Source: Botryllus schlosseri (taxonomy: Eukaryota). From it: DNA of 64,000 nt. The stretch is taken from positions 9,302,001 through 9,366,000 of the forward strand of contig CM119371.1 in the NCBI GenBank assembly GCA_051294905.1. The letters run 5' to 3'. The notes below the pieces were generated by a model. It was not told the DNA's origin and did not search any database. It was given only the letters and a program-made list of their open reading frames with translations. Below, piece after piece: positions 1-13,333 of this stretch (position 1 is the first letter of the stretch; every line of letters starts with the position of its first letter). The translations under genes and the position numbers were made by a program.

Positions 1-464
1 GTCTCAAACTCAAATGTGTTCCCTGGCCAGTTTTCCAGTTTTGACGACGCCGCGGGCCGCAGCATTTATAGGGGTATCCTATGTCTTTCCAAGTAGGCCT
101 TATTTGGCCGGAATGAATTGTCCTATTGAAAGTGAGCCGATCCAGCAGATTAACAGTAAACACACATCGTCAAAATTTGATTTACTCTTGTATCAATTTG
201 GGCCTGGCACGAAAAGAATCATCACATTTATAACTATTTGAGAAGAATTGTTGTTGTACTTGATATATATTAATTATAAGATATAGAGACCATATGGGCG
301 GTCAAATGTATGATGCCATCATAAAAGCTATCGGGTTATAATTTTGCGGCTACTATGTATATTTTAAATTTGACAGATTGATAATAGAGACTGATCTGAG
401 ATCAAAACGTTTTTAGGTTGGGCATTGTAATTCCAATCCAGGATTCGTGTATACTTCTGATAAG

Positions 465-2491
465 TAGGCTGGGTAATTTCCTGCCAAATCAACAAGGGGG
501 TTGCACCAAGGTTGGAGAATTTATATGAGATTTGGCACACTGGCTGATGTAGCTTTAGACAGGCCAAATCCAAATTTTTTTTGAAAAATTCTGAAAAAGT
601 ACCAAGTTATGAGGCTTCAAAGTTTGCACATTTTCCTTGTCACACTTCATTGAACACTGTCAATAATTTTTTCAATGTCATAATTTTAAAGGTAAAAAGC
701 CGTCAGCGTGGCTGAAATTTGGGGACATGATGCTACTGCTATCCAAGAATTCTTAAATTGATGGCCCAAACATTTCAGAGTATGTTATCATAGAAAATAA
801 TGTCACCAAAGACTCCTACTGCATGTTTTGGTACCGAAAGTTTACACTCCCATAAATAAAAAGGGGAAAAATTTTAGAAGCCTAAATTCTGGAAAAATAA
901 TCTTGAATATATTGTCTTTCATTTAATATTGATTCAATTCATTAATTTCCAACTACACCAGTAAAAAACTTCAAATTAATAATTGGATTAGATAAACAAT
1001 GAACTAAAACTTTCAAGGCATTGTTCACTGTGATGTCACAATGCATGGACTGTTAAAGGTGGCTGAATGGAGTAAACTGGCCATGGGAATTAAAGTACAG
1101 TTGTGGCTGAGTAACTAGTCCAATTTTAGTGAGTGAGTGACTTTATTGTCTTAATTTCAACAGGTAAATAACTCATTTGAATGCATAGTTAGAAAGGTGA
1201 TGTCTCAGCTTGAAAATTGCAGTATTGGAAGAAACTTGGAAGAAATTTGCCACAAATTACATTTTACTGCAAAAACCGGGTTGATAACTGTGCCAAGCTT
1301 ATTTCATTGGCCAGCAAGAGAAGATATCTGCTATGTCCCATTTTCTCATATACTTCTTTGCATTGACATGCCTTCAACTTTAGTGGCAGGCAGTACAAAG
1401 TACATGAAGACAATATCCAAAAAATACAGAACATTTTCCATGGATTGGGCAATTGAGATGCTTTTGTACAAGTATGCTACGAGATCAATTTCATTTTCTT
1501 TTAGTTATGTGGTATATGATTAGAGAAACTGTTAATTCCAGACCAATTAGCATGGGAAATTTGGATTGAATTACATGTATTCATTTACAGTAGGCCTATA
1601 CAACCATTTTATGTGAATTTCGTTTGTTAAGCTTGTTTGGTTTGTGACGTCATAATTGGAAATGCTAAAAATTCACAGTAATCAGAAATTGTCCAATTTC
1701 CACCTGATAACGTGGAAATTAATTGTTCATTTTTTGTAGCAAGGTAGAATGCTCATTGAAAAGTCGACTTTTATCAAAATACACCAGCCAAGGCTGTGTC
1801 AACAAAAAGAGTTCGTGTATCATCTAAAAATAGTACATTGAACGCTCTCGTATTCGACATTTCGTGCTGGTGACGTCATATTTTGTGCTACGATTGTTGA
1901 TATACGCTGTTCTTTCGAATTCTCTACTAGTTGCTGACGATTACCCCTGACGAGTGTCAGCCGAAAATATTCGGGTTCATTTTAATATGAATATGCTATT
2001 CAATTGTATATTGAAGTTCTGTACCTCAAAGAAGCTGTTCATTGAAAACCATTAATTCATGAAAATGACCTTAAATTTTTTTTCCCCTTTTCAGATATAC
2101 CACATTCCATTCAAGCTGTAGGAAAATGAGAAGCTGCTGTTCACAAGCCGCACTAACATGATATAGACTTCAAATGGTTCATTCAGCTCACTTTATATGT
2201 TAGTCAGGCTCTTGAGGAGATTTCCACCAAATTTTAGGGTTATCAAACTATCATAGTAAGATATATTGCTGTTTCACTGCAGATTTGATGAAAATCACTG
2301 AAGCGTGACATGCAAAAAGCATGATTTTGTGAGGAGTGTAACTCGGTCATCAGATTGAATTTGAGAAAAAAATGTTGGATTCCCTCATGATAATGACAGA
2401 AGAATCAATGTGCCAAATTTCATAGCCATCCATTAACCTTGGTGCTCATCTGAAAATAAATTTGCTCATTTGGCAGGAAATTACCCGGCTA
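465..2491. mobile_element. TIR DNA-transposon derivative, superfamily uncertain (TAG..CTA ends)
   Basis: TIR gctgggtaatttcctgccaaat / atttggcaggaaattacccggc; absent from the sister copy at 11909-13136. Confidence 0.65.
1765..2040. repeat. Partial copy (loop plus one arm) of a hairpin-forming repeat family
   Basis: Shares ttacccctgacgagtgtcagccgaaaat with copies near 8545, 8965, 38790 and 43440. Confidence 0.8.
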
Positions 2492-4185
2492 TTAATCTCA
2501 TGGTCATATATCTTAGAATATAGGAGCAGAAAAAATATAAATATAATATAACTATATTAATGAATGTGACCTAGTGGTTAAAATGTCTGAACGCCGAACG
2601 GCCCATTGTTGTTACATCGTTGGAGCGTACCACTACGGTACTCGGTACCTTTAAGTGGCCTTAATAACATGGTTTAGCGACCAAAGATGTAACTAACAGA
2701 TTGCCAATGGTTGTCATAACTACTTGCTTGATTGGCGAAATACCAAGCTGCGACCTTCTGATCTATTACTATTCCCCTGATACGCGATTAGTTCATTATG
2801 CGTCCATGGTTCTAACAAATTCACGGCATTCCGAGTCACTCCCAGTCCACTTGAGTCATTTTCATTTTGTTGTCGAGTTAGCCCGAGTCTGAGTAATTCT
2901 AAGAAAGGTCGCGTCCAAGTCCAACTCACAAATTTCAGTCAAGAATCGTTTAAGGGTCAGGTTTTGTCATCGTTAATTGGAACTGTGGCGAAATAGTGAA
3001 TATTCCGCTGCATGGTAGCGTTTACAATTGATGTGATAGTGAAGTTTGATGAATAGTTTCAGGCTTTAGGAGCAATTTAAGAGGGAATTTTCACTTTATA
3101 ACCTGAAAAGATATATGTGACATTTATATATTGTCAAATTAATAATAATCTAAAATGTAGTCGCGGGCCGCACAAAAGGCTCTGGCGGGCCGCGTGTTTG
3201 AGACCTCTGCATTAGACGTTCTTTCATCTTCACAAAGGGGCAACAATATTAAAAGCAAGAAATTGAGTGACAACACGTTGCGCTAAGCGTGTAGAAATTT
3301 TTTACTTTTGATAAATCTATCTCAAATTAGTCTGCTTTATTATAGTGTGCGAAGATCTACCAAAATGTGACTGGCTCATGGATCTGCCAATGCGTCGGAA
3401 CTGATATTTTAGTCATCACATCTGAAGTGTTGCGGCCAGACTAATCAAATTTTTGGTTGGCATTGCAAGTTCACAATCTGTGCAATCCATTTTTGATAAT
3501 ATTAAAAATTTCGGAAATTACCTCGCGGACCACATGTGGCCCGTGGGCCACGGGTTGGCCGGCCCTGTTATAGAAAAAATACCAATATTGCGGCAACTTA
3601 AATACGGTAGCCTATTCTTCTGAATTACAATGAAATTACCATAACTATTTGTTCTCTCTCTGCCCACGTGATCAGATTTATCAGTCGAGCTGACGGAGGT
3701 ATTGGTGTCTTTCCCGATCAACGTTTGCAAAGCCATTGGAGGAAAGAATGAATTCTCAGGCATAGGCCTACACAATTTCCATAATGCAACGCCCAATTTC
3801 ACGGTCCAATCAAATTGACTGTCACGAAAATCTGGCTGACGAATTATTGTCAGCACGGGAACAAAGTTTTGCACGTTACTGGAAGTGACATATCTGCGAA
3901 GTCACGATGAAACCACAGCATTGGTTCAAAGTGCAATGAGATGGGCATGGCCGAAAGTAAGCTCTACCGAATTATCTTGAATGTGATGTAAATCCGCCAT
4001 TACATTCTTTGTGGTAAAATAAAGAGGTACATAATTGAGAATCGAATCACTCCATGGTGTGTTCGATTTTGCCCAGACCTAGATTTTCAAAATTGAGCAT
4101 TCAACCGAACTCCTGGTTAAACCAATTTTGCAGGCAATCAGTCAACATCGATATAATTTATTAATGCATATATCTGATTTCACAG

Positions 4186-7100
4186 GCCGGTAGCACGTGC
4201 TGATTCGGAAGCAAATACCGATGCCACTGATGATGTCTCCTTGACAAAGACCCCTACTTCTGATAAGTCTGCTTGGTCTGCCAGAATCAAAGCCGTATTC
4301 GATTATACTCTGTTTTCTCGACCAGTTTACGTCTTCGCTTTCGTATCCAGCATGACTTATTGGTCAGCCATGGTAAGCAGACAGGCTAATACTGAGAAGA
4401 CTGCAGGGTCAGATCATGTCAGGTGATCCAGAAAAATTTCAACTTATGCCCCCACCATCTCAGATTATCATGGAAATTGGTATGCTTAGAAAACTTTTCT
4501 TTCTGAATTCAGAAAAACAAATTTTATGAAAATCGGTCAAGTAAAACTGAAGATGTGGCCGTTCAAAAATTGCTGTTTTTTTGATCGCTTAAGCGGAAAA
4601 AATGTCAGAAATTTACATATGTAATTGAAATCTGCCATAATTCGATCAAATTAGGGTTGTTGAGGATGACACTTTCACAATTGTTCATTTACATCCTACT
4701 TGATACTTTGCCCCCTTCTTTGACACCTGGGGCTGCATAGTCTGACCTTTAACCCCATGATTCTGTTCGCGTCTTCGAAAATCGCTCATGCATGACGTCA
4801 TTTTTAATTGCAAATTTCTTTTGACCAAGAGGTGGTGTCATCAAGTGTAAGGTGTCATTGGAAAGCTCCTGATAAGGACTTTCAGAATCAACTATAACAT
4901 TCCTCGCTATAGAATCATTACATACCATAAGAGTGCCATGAAACTAACCTGCAAATAACATGTTTTAATTGAAAATCTCACCTTTCTCAACATGACACAA
5001 ACTCTGTAAAACAACTAATTTTACTTTTATTCTATATACAGTACCTATTGTACTACACACAAGGTAGTCAGTATAACTCAAAACAGATAATTGCCGACAT
5101 AAATTATGCTGGAAATAATTTTTGAAAATTGAAGAAAAATTTGCTACACAGTTTGAGGTGAACACACAGTACTTCAAAAATGAATCAGAATTCACAACTA
5201 ACGCAATGATAAGATGCAATATTTTATGTATTCTACACAATACATTTGGGCAACGATCAGCACTAAACAATGAAATGGACAATAACAACGAAAATCAATG
5301 TCAGCGGGTTGGTAGATTTCATATTATGGTGAGATATCAACTATGCACTTGCACATATCAGATATATATATTTATCTTTGATGATATCTCTTCCAAACTT
5401 CTTTGACTTTCAGTGTTGTTTATACACACTCTTTTTGATGCTAACTCGGTCTTCCAACGCCGGCATCATCCTATTGTTTTTGCTGTTTCAAAAAAACTTC
5501 ACAACTTTTTCAATTTTTTCATCTGAAAGCATCTTCCATTTTTCTGGTGGTGGCAAAGAATAACTCCAGTGTCTTGTTCTTGCTGTTTTGCATCTCTCAA
5601 CAACCTTCCACTTACTCCAAAAATTTCCGAGATTTTCATTCTTGACCAATTGTTAAGATTTGAATTTTTTGAGGTCTTGTTGAATTAGGGCTATTGTTTT
5701 TTCTTATATTTTTGATACGATATTTCAAAAGCAACTTCATTTTCATATTCATCTTTTCCCGTCCCTACAAATTCTTGAATCTCATCAACATGTAAAACCT
5801 TGGCAAGCTTTGTTTCAACATTGAGATTCAATTCTTGTATTTTTCTTCTTCCGTATCTAATTTTTCGATTTCCATAAAGAGAATGCAGCTTTACTGGAGA
5901 TTCACCAACAGCATGAAGACTCTGATATGTGCATTGTTAATATATCACCATAACATGAAGACTACAATGCATGAGATATTGCATCTTATCATTGCGATAG
6001 TTGTGAATTCTGATTAATTTTTGAAGTATTGTGTGTTCACCTCAAACTGTGAAGCAAATTTTCTCCATTATTTTAAAAATATCTCCCAAAATTATTTCCA
6101 GCATAATTTATGTCAGCAATTATCTGTTCTGAGTTATAGTGACTACCTTGTGTATAGTACAATAGGTACTGTATATAGAATAAAAGTAAAATTAGTTGTT
6201 TTACAGAGTTTGTGTAGTGTTAAGAAAGGTGAGATTTTCAATTGAAACATGTTATTTGCAGGTTAGTTTCATGGCACTCTTAGGATATGTAATGATTCTA
6301 TAGCAAGGAATGTTATAGTTGGTTCTGAAAGTCCTTATCAGGAGCTTTCCAATGACACCTTACACTTGATGACACCACCTCTTGGTCAAAAGAAATTTGC
6401 AATTAAAAATGACGTCACGCGTGAGCGATTTTCGAAGACATGCGCAGAATCAAAGGGTTAAAGGTCAGACTATGCAACCCCAGGAGTCAAAGTAGGGGGC
6501 AAAGTATCTAGTAGGATGTAAATGAACAATTGTGAAAGTGTCATCCTCAACAACCCTAATTTGATCGAATTATGGCAAATTTAAGTTACATGTTTATATT
6601 TCTGACAATTTTTCCGCCTGAGCGTTCACAAAAATGGCAATTTTTGGACGGTCATACCTTCGGATTTAGTTGACCTTTTTTGTTGAAATTTGGATTTCTG
6701 AAATCAGAAAACAAAGCTCTGTAAGCATGCCAATTTTCATGATGTTTCGAGATAGTTGGGATATGGCCTGGACCAAGTGATATGATATTACCCTGCAGCA
6801 ATGAGCTGATTAAAATCATGCGGATAAAGTATTCTGCCAGCCAATTCATGTTCTGTAAATCAATGCGTTCACTATAGCCTACTGTTCAAAGTAAGTGCCC
6901 GAATCACAAACCTATATGCCAGTGTTGGGATCAAGTCACTTCCTTTGAGTCACAATTCATATCGAGTCATTGCACATTTTGACTCAAGTCAAGTCGCTCG
7001 AGTTTTGAAGGTGACTCAAATCTAGTCGAGTCAAGTCTCAAAGTCCTGTCGAATTATCGGAGGCATGAGGCATGTTTCAAATCATTGCATTTTGCAAGAT

Positions 7101-10100
7101 GATTAAAGTCCAGAGTGTGTCGCTATCAATTTTGAACCTAGTAGCGAATATCAAGTTAATTATACCGTCAACGGGGTATTGCTTAGGTTCGTTATATATA
7201 TGCATACATGCATACCGGTATATGCATACTGATAAAGTACGTCGGTAACTGTCAGCCAAACTGATGATAGAATATGAAACCTCAGCAAGTTTAAACAAAT
7301 CGATAAGATGCAATCCACAATCCACCAATTGACCTATGCAATGCATCCGTGTGATACCATTTTAGGGTGCACCAATTGTTGACGAGTAATATGAAGTATA
7401 AACCAGGGTTATATTGACTCGAGTCACGATTATCTGATGACTTGACTTGACTCGAGTCATTTTCGCAAAATTCAGAAATGACTCGACTCGAGTCAATCTG
7501 TGTATTGACTCGACTTGGACTCGAGTCCTTGCGCATGACTCGAACCAAGTCATATGACTCGAGACTCATTGTAATTTCGAAGAATAGTTAAGTAACCACA
7601 GTACTGGGACTTCGTCTATTGCTACTGGACTTGAAAAAGCCACCAGAAACTGCTAAAAGTGAGAAAATTAGAGCTATAGGTATAAAGTGGGTTAAGAAGA
7701 CTTTAGCTGGAAACTGAGCAGTCAACACAATGACTTGGACTCGACCCTCTGCTAGCTGACTTGGACTGGGACTTGACTCGGTGGTGAATTGAAAATGACT
7801 CGACTTGACTCGAGTCAAAACTATAAAAGTGAGATTGAGTTGTGACCTGGAGCCTTGTGACTTGGTTACAACCCTGGTATAAACTGTATCGTTCTGATCT
7901 AAATCATACAAGTGTTTCGCTAAGACAGTGGTTCTTAAACTCTTTAAACCGTGACCATGATCTGAGTTTGAATGGCATCTCGCGACCCAAGAGTCACACA
8001 CCAAAAAGAATACATTTTTAATATTATTATGCTACGTTTTTACGGGCATATGTGGCATAGATAACTTCTCTTCGTTTGCAATCAATTTGTTTGGGACATT
8101 CCGATGGAGACCTATTTACACCGTGTTTGTATTCTTGACGCTTTTGACTTCCAGGTGGGAACTACCTTCCTTATTATTCCACTCGGGATGGAATCGATGG
8201 GTTTGGATCGGACCGCCGCGTCAATTTTACTCGCATGCCAATCAGCCGGAGACCTTGTCGGAAGGGTGATGGGCGGATTGATCGGTGACTGCAGGGGGGT
8301 GAATAAGTAAGTCAAACATATCTTGGTTTTCGTTGTAGGTCGGCCCTTACTAACCTTTGTTCGACGCGACCGAGTGACACTGACTCCAAACAATCGCTTT
8401 GCAAAAATACAGCCCAATTTACAAGCTGACTAACTTACCAACTAAAAGCTATATCGTAGTCGAATTCTATTCACTAGTCTTGTAATCGGGTTTCCGATGA
8501 AACATAGTATATTCAATTATTCATGTTGAAAAAAAAACACGATTATTTTCGGCTGACACTCGTCAGGGGTAATCGTCAGCAACTAGTACAGTAATGGAAA
8601 GAACATTGCACATCAACAATCGTATCACAAAATATGACAATCACAGGCATGAAATTTCGAATATAATCGGGGCAGATAGAGGGCTTATTCTTAATAATGT
8701 ACTATTTTTAGATGATACACAAAGTCCGTCTGTAAGCACGGGCTGGGTTGGCGTATTTTGATAAAAGTCAACTCCAAGGTACCTATATATAAGTGTGAAC
8801 GGCCTTTGCCGACGACACGGAATCTGTCGTCCAGATAATTTTTCGCGTGAACAAGAATATCCATCAAATGTTTGCTGATGGCAGTATTTCATTGTGGTGA
8901 CGTCATATTTTGCAATACGGTTATTGATTTACGATGTTCTTTCCAAGTCTCTACTAGTTGCTGACGATTACCCCTGACGAGTGTCAGCCGATAATATTCG
9001 GGTTCATTTCAATATGAATGTTCTATTCAATTTCGATTGAAGTTCTGAAAACCTTCTTGGAGGTACAGAACTTCAATTTACAGTTGGATAGCATACTCAT
9101 ATTGAAATGAATCCGAATTGAAGTTCTGCACCTCAAAAAAGCTCTTCAATACTCAAAGCGTACCTCAATAGACGTTGTGTTTGATTCATGCAAAATAAAT
9201 AGCGTATCACGTTACCACGAATAGCGTAACTTCTACTTGAGTACCAACGACAACACTATTTTGATCTCCTCTTTGACCATCTCCAGTAATACTCGTTGTC
9301 TTGCAGCTCCATTCTGCTGGGCGTTACGACCACACTGGGTACGGTTTCAACGTACGTCATTACATTCTCCGGGAATTACGCGTTACAATGCGTGCTGGCG
9401 TTCGTTCTGGGTGTGACCTATGCGCCGTTTGGCAGCTTGTTTGTCGGTTTGTACACGGAGGTGTTCGGTCCGGAGAAGATGACGCATGCTTTAAGTTACG
9501 AGGGATTTGTAAGCACCATACTCACTCTGCCCATGACTTATCTTCTGGGTAAGTTTATTGTGCTCTGTTTGAGTGTATCAATCAGGGTTGTAACCAAGTC
9601 ACAAACATCCAGGGTTGCAATGACTCGAGTCACGATTTTCTGATGACTCGAATTGACTCGAGTCATTTTCTCAAAATACGGAAATGACTCAACTCGAGTC
9701 AATTTTTGTATTGACTCGACTTGGGATCGAGTCATTGCGAATGACTCGAACCAAGTCATATAACTCGAGACTCAAACGGCCAAGACCTACATTTCGCTGT
9801 AATTTCGAAGAATAGTAAAGTAACCACACCATTTGGATTTCGTTTATTGATACTGGTACTTGACAATGCGACCAGAAACTGCTAAAAGTGAGGAAAACCA
9901 GTGTATTATAAATGCGAACCATTCGATATCACCAAAGAGAGCTTTAAAAAGTGGGTTTAACAAAAATTTTACTGGAAGCTGAGCAGTCAACACAATGACT
10001 TTGACTCGGACTCGAGTCATAATACCATGACTCGGACGGGACCTGCTGCTCGCTGACTTGGACTTGGACTTCACTCGATGGTGAATTGAAAATGACTCGA

Positions 10101-11385
10101 CTTGACTCGAGTCAAAACTATATAAGTGAGATTGACTTGCGACTCGGAATCTTGTGACTTGGTTACAACCCTGCGATGATTCCAGTCACAAGTGAATCTC
10201 ACTGTCATAGTTTTGACTTAAGTCAAGCCGAGTCAGTGAGTAGAGGGTCAAGTCCGAGTCATGTTGTTGTGACTCGAGTCCGAGTCCAAGTTATTGTGTC
10301 CACTGTTCAGTTTTGAGTTCATTCCGGTTCAACCCACTTTTTTCAACTCTTCTTGAGTGATATAGAATAACTCACCTTTATACTGCCGGTACCGTAATTT
10401 TCCTCAGTCCCAACAGTTTCTGGCCCTATTTTCCAAGTATCAGGACTGATAGACGAAATACCAATCATGTGGTGACTTTACTGTTCTTCGAAGTAACAAT
10501 GAAATGTACGTCTTGGCCATCATAGTCTCGAGACGTGCACCGAGTCATTAACACCCTGGTATCTATGATTGGATAGTAGGTAGGACTCGGACTTAAACTA
10601 AAAAAAATTTCCGCTTTTCTTAATTAGAATAAATTTTGCATTATAGCTGCACACTGTGCACAGTCTTTTCCAAATCAGATTAAAATATAGAAGTACAGCT
10701 TCACAAATTTTTCCAAATAAGATTTAAAATGAGGATTCCTGAATTTTCGAAAACTTGTAGTAGTGTCTCTTAGTGTACTCCACTGTACCCAACTAAATAT
10801 ATTACAATGAAAAGACCAGTACAGCAATCGGCTACTTCTAGATTTTGAGTTTAATTTCATGGTTTCTCCTTTTCATTTGTCAATATTAATATTTTAAAAT
10901 TTTAGCAATGGCCACACCTGTTGAAAAGGAGGTATGGTGAAACTGACCTTTAGCTTGGCTTTAAATATCTCCATCTTAAAGGATTGTGTAAGCCGCAATG
11001 TGTTTCAAGTTCAATAGTTCTGCTTCTGACTATTCTATGAAATCGGAATTGCTATAAGTTTTATAATAGGGGGAGGGCAGTGATTTTTCAAAAGATTAAA
11101 AGCAAATAACTGTGTGAAAGAAATTGAGAACCCCTGCTGTAAACTTCACAATGTGTGGTTCTGGAAAATCGGTTTACGTTAGGTGTTTATCTCAGCTACC
11201 GTATTTCATTTACAGGCATTATCATTGATACGACCGGAGAAGTTCTAATCGCTTACTACGTGTGTGGGGTATTCATGGCTCTAACTTCGACGTCAATCTA
11301 CATTATCTACATACTACAAGGACGGAACGCCATGGCAATATCTCATGTGCGTAATGTAACGGCACAATCCGTGGAAAATGGATGA
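4186..11385 (+). CDS. MCT/SLC16-like MFS transporter, gene A, 3' part only (exons 4186-4372, 8155-8306, 9307-9548, 11216-11385); 5' exons lie upstream of the window
   Basis: GT-AG sites (cacag|g, atg|gtaagc, ttccag|gtg, aa|gtaagt, ttgcag|c, g|gtaagt, tacag|gc) join in frame with phases 2,0,2,1. Translation gives MCT-like C-half helices (FDYTLFSRPVYVFAF; AGDLVGRVMGGLIGD; EVFGPEKMTHA; GIIIDTTG). The 152- and 242-bp exons match gene B exactly. Confidence 0.88.
4401..6798. mobile_element. Foldback-type DNA transposon derivative with ~780-bp inverted arms
   Basis: About 4450-5230 is the reverse complement of about 5975-6750 (mirror ORFs 4965-5288 - and 6021-6245 +); ends ctgcagggt...accctgcag. 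Confidence 0.8.
7404..7876. mobile_element. hAT MITE of the GACTCGAGTC-rich family
   Basis: TIR cagggtt..aaccctg, perfect 8-bp TSD gtataaac, subterminal gactcgagtc arrays. Confidence 0.9.
8505..9150. repeat. Unedited two-armed hairpin copy of the 'ttacccctgacgagtgtcagccg' family, followed by a short deleted copy
   Basis: About 8510-8640 is the reverse complement of about 8895-9030. Confidence 0.8.
9583..10558. mobile_element. hAT MITE (GACTCGAGTC family) containing an opposite-orientation copy of the same family at 9610-10173
   Basis: Outer TSD gtatcaat/gtatctat; two cagggttg starts (9583, 9610) and two ccctg ends (10173, 10558). Confidence 0.8.
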
Positions 11386-11634
11386 AACGTCGGACATGTT
11401 TTGAAGCCAACAAGAGGCAATATCAGTACCAATACGACCACATGTAAAGCAGAGGAACGAAGCCTACTTCTCCCAGGATTTGAGATTGCGCATGGTGTTG
11501 CAACAACAGACTAAGAAAATGAAATGAAATTGAAATCGAGAATGGATATGACTCTGATACCCGCATTCTGTACACGGTCATTGATGTAGGCTATTCGTCG
11601 ATGCAACTGTAGAGATTACACAGTGCCACCTAAA

Positions 11635-11900
11635 AGATCATAGCTCTATCAAATATGCCCGACCTGATGCGTGGAATAGTATCCCGCCGGCCATCCAACA
11701 GTTGACGAGCATGTCCACATTCAAGCCAAAATACAAGCAATTACTACTAAATAAATACTAGTCCATCCTCAGGATTACCGGACCACGACTGAGTTATCGA
11801 TCTCGCTTTCCATGACATGCCGCCTTATTTCTTGTCGCGTTCTTTTTTCTGTTCTTCTTTCTTTACTCTTCATTCAGTGTGCATGCTTCCTCTATACATC
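11635..11900 (+). mobile_element. Degenerate LINE 3' end; its 3' UTR continues at about 13145-13210 after a hAT insertion
   Basis: Aligns with 20320-20650. Confidence 0.65.
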
Positions 11901-11908
11901 GCCTAGGC

Positions 11909-13136
11909 CAGAGGTCTCAAACTCAAATGTGCTCGCGGGCCAATTTCCTACTTTTTGATGGCGTCGCGGGCCGCAGCACCAATAATAGGGTAATTCAATG
12001 TATTTCCAAGGAGATCTTATTTGGCGGGACCTTGCAGACTGACATTCCACTCGAATTCACGCCTGTCACGGAAAAATCATATTTTAAAATATTTGAATAA
12101 AATTGTTGCTGTACTTGGGATAGTTGCTGTATATTTAGTTGTAGTCACCATGCGAGAGTAGGCTACGAATGCATCAGGACATCGTAAAAGCAGCAGCGTT
12201 ATAATTTTGCAGCTAGCGGGCATTTGCCTTGTCACAATAATAGGTAGAATATTTTAGAATTTTACAAAGATTGATCTGATATCAGAGCATTGGAGCTATA
12301 CAGCATACTCCGGATAACTAGACTATTGATCATGTCCTTGCCAAAGTTAAATTAAATCAGTGTCAGATTCCACTTCGAATATTTGAACAGATCTATAACA
12401 ACTTGAATATAATGATTACTGTGCCATAGCAATAGAAATGTTCAATTGCCAGAGAATTCATTGGCGTTACAACTATGAAGCGTACGCTACGACTACTTTA
12501 TACTAACTACATTTAATTGGCGATATTAACAAGGATAAAGATACCCAAGATGACACAGGGTATAACTAACTGAATATCAAGATGGCAACATAATGTCAAT
12601 GCAATAGTTGCTATACCGACCTCTTTAGATATCTAAAAAAGCGACATAACACAAGCTAAGACTTTATATATATATATATATATATATTACGATTCCCCAT
12701 ACCAGTTTGTTGCGTCCGTGGTTGCCCGAGTCACAGTAATTCCTTCTCTGATTGTAACATTTGAAGCGACTCAACTGGAGTCATTTTTATTTTACCACCC
12801 AGTCAGTCCGAATTCGAGTAATTTTACGAACGGTCGCGCCCAAGTCAAAATCACAATTTTCAGTTATGAATCATCATCGGGTCATGTTTTACCCTCATAA
12901 ACAAGTAGTGTGACGTAATAGTTGATCTTCCACTGCGAGCTAACTTTTGAAAGGGATGTAAGAGTGAAGTTTGATGAGTAGTTTCAAGCTTCTGGAGTAG
13001 TTTTAGAGCAAATTTCCAGTTCTCAAATGAAAAAAGAAGATATTTGGCAGGTAAATATTCTCCAATAGTTCGAAATCCAAAATGTCGTCAAGGGCCGCAC
13101 AAAATGGTCTCGCGGGCCGCGTGTTTGCGACCTCTG
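11909..13136. mobile_element. Non-autonomous hAT (Charlie-like) element
   Basis: TIR cagaggtctcaaac / gtttgcgacctctg, perfect TSD gcctaggc. Confidence 0.9.
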
Positions 13137-13333
13137 GCCTAGGCCAAGGCGGGTGTTTGGTTCCATAGACCACTCCAAGTCGCTTCGACACCTTCCTATA
13201 TTTTCATTCAGTGTGCATGCCTCCTCTATATCCTAGGCCAAGGTGGGTGCTTGATTACATAAGCCTAGGCCAGTGGTTCCCAACCCTTTGTCTTCATTCC
13301 CCACTTCAGATTTTTGATTTTGATATAGTAGTA

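Larger units (their letters stand above)
1..3209. mobile_element. Non-autonomous hAT (Charlie-like) element; left end cut by the window edge; carries a nested insertion
   Basis: gtctcaaactc...gcgggccgc at the left and gcgggccgcgtgtttgagacctctg at the right; colinear with 11909-13136. Confidence 0.75.

Noticed and set aside
5735..5755. YENEV in the foldback spacer matching the gene B repeat
   Set aside because: Only a five-residue match with no flanking similarity; likely chance.
7291..8004. Recurrent TRVESS/DSSQV-rich ORFs (also near 9538, 17013 and 58013)
   Set aside because: They are translation artefacts of GACTCGAGTC MITE arrays.
9281..9287. ctccag as the acceptor of a gene A exon, which would imply a frameshifted pseudogene
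   Set aside because: The acceptor at 9306 restores the frame and gives the same 242-bp exon as gene B.
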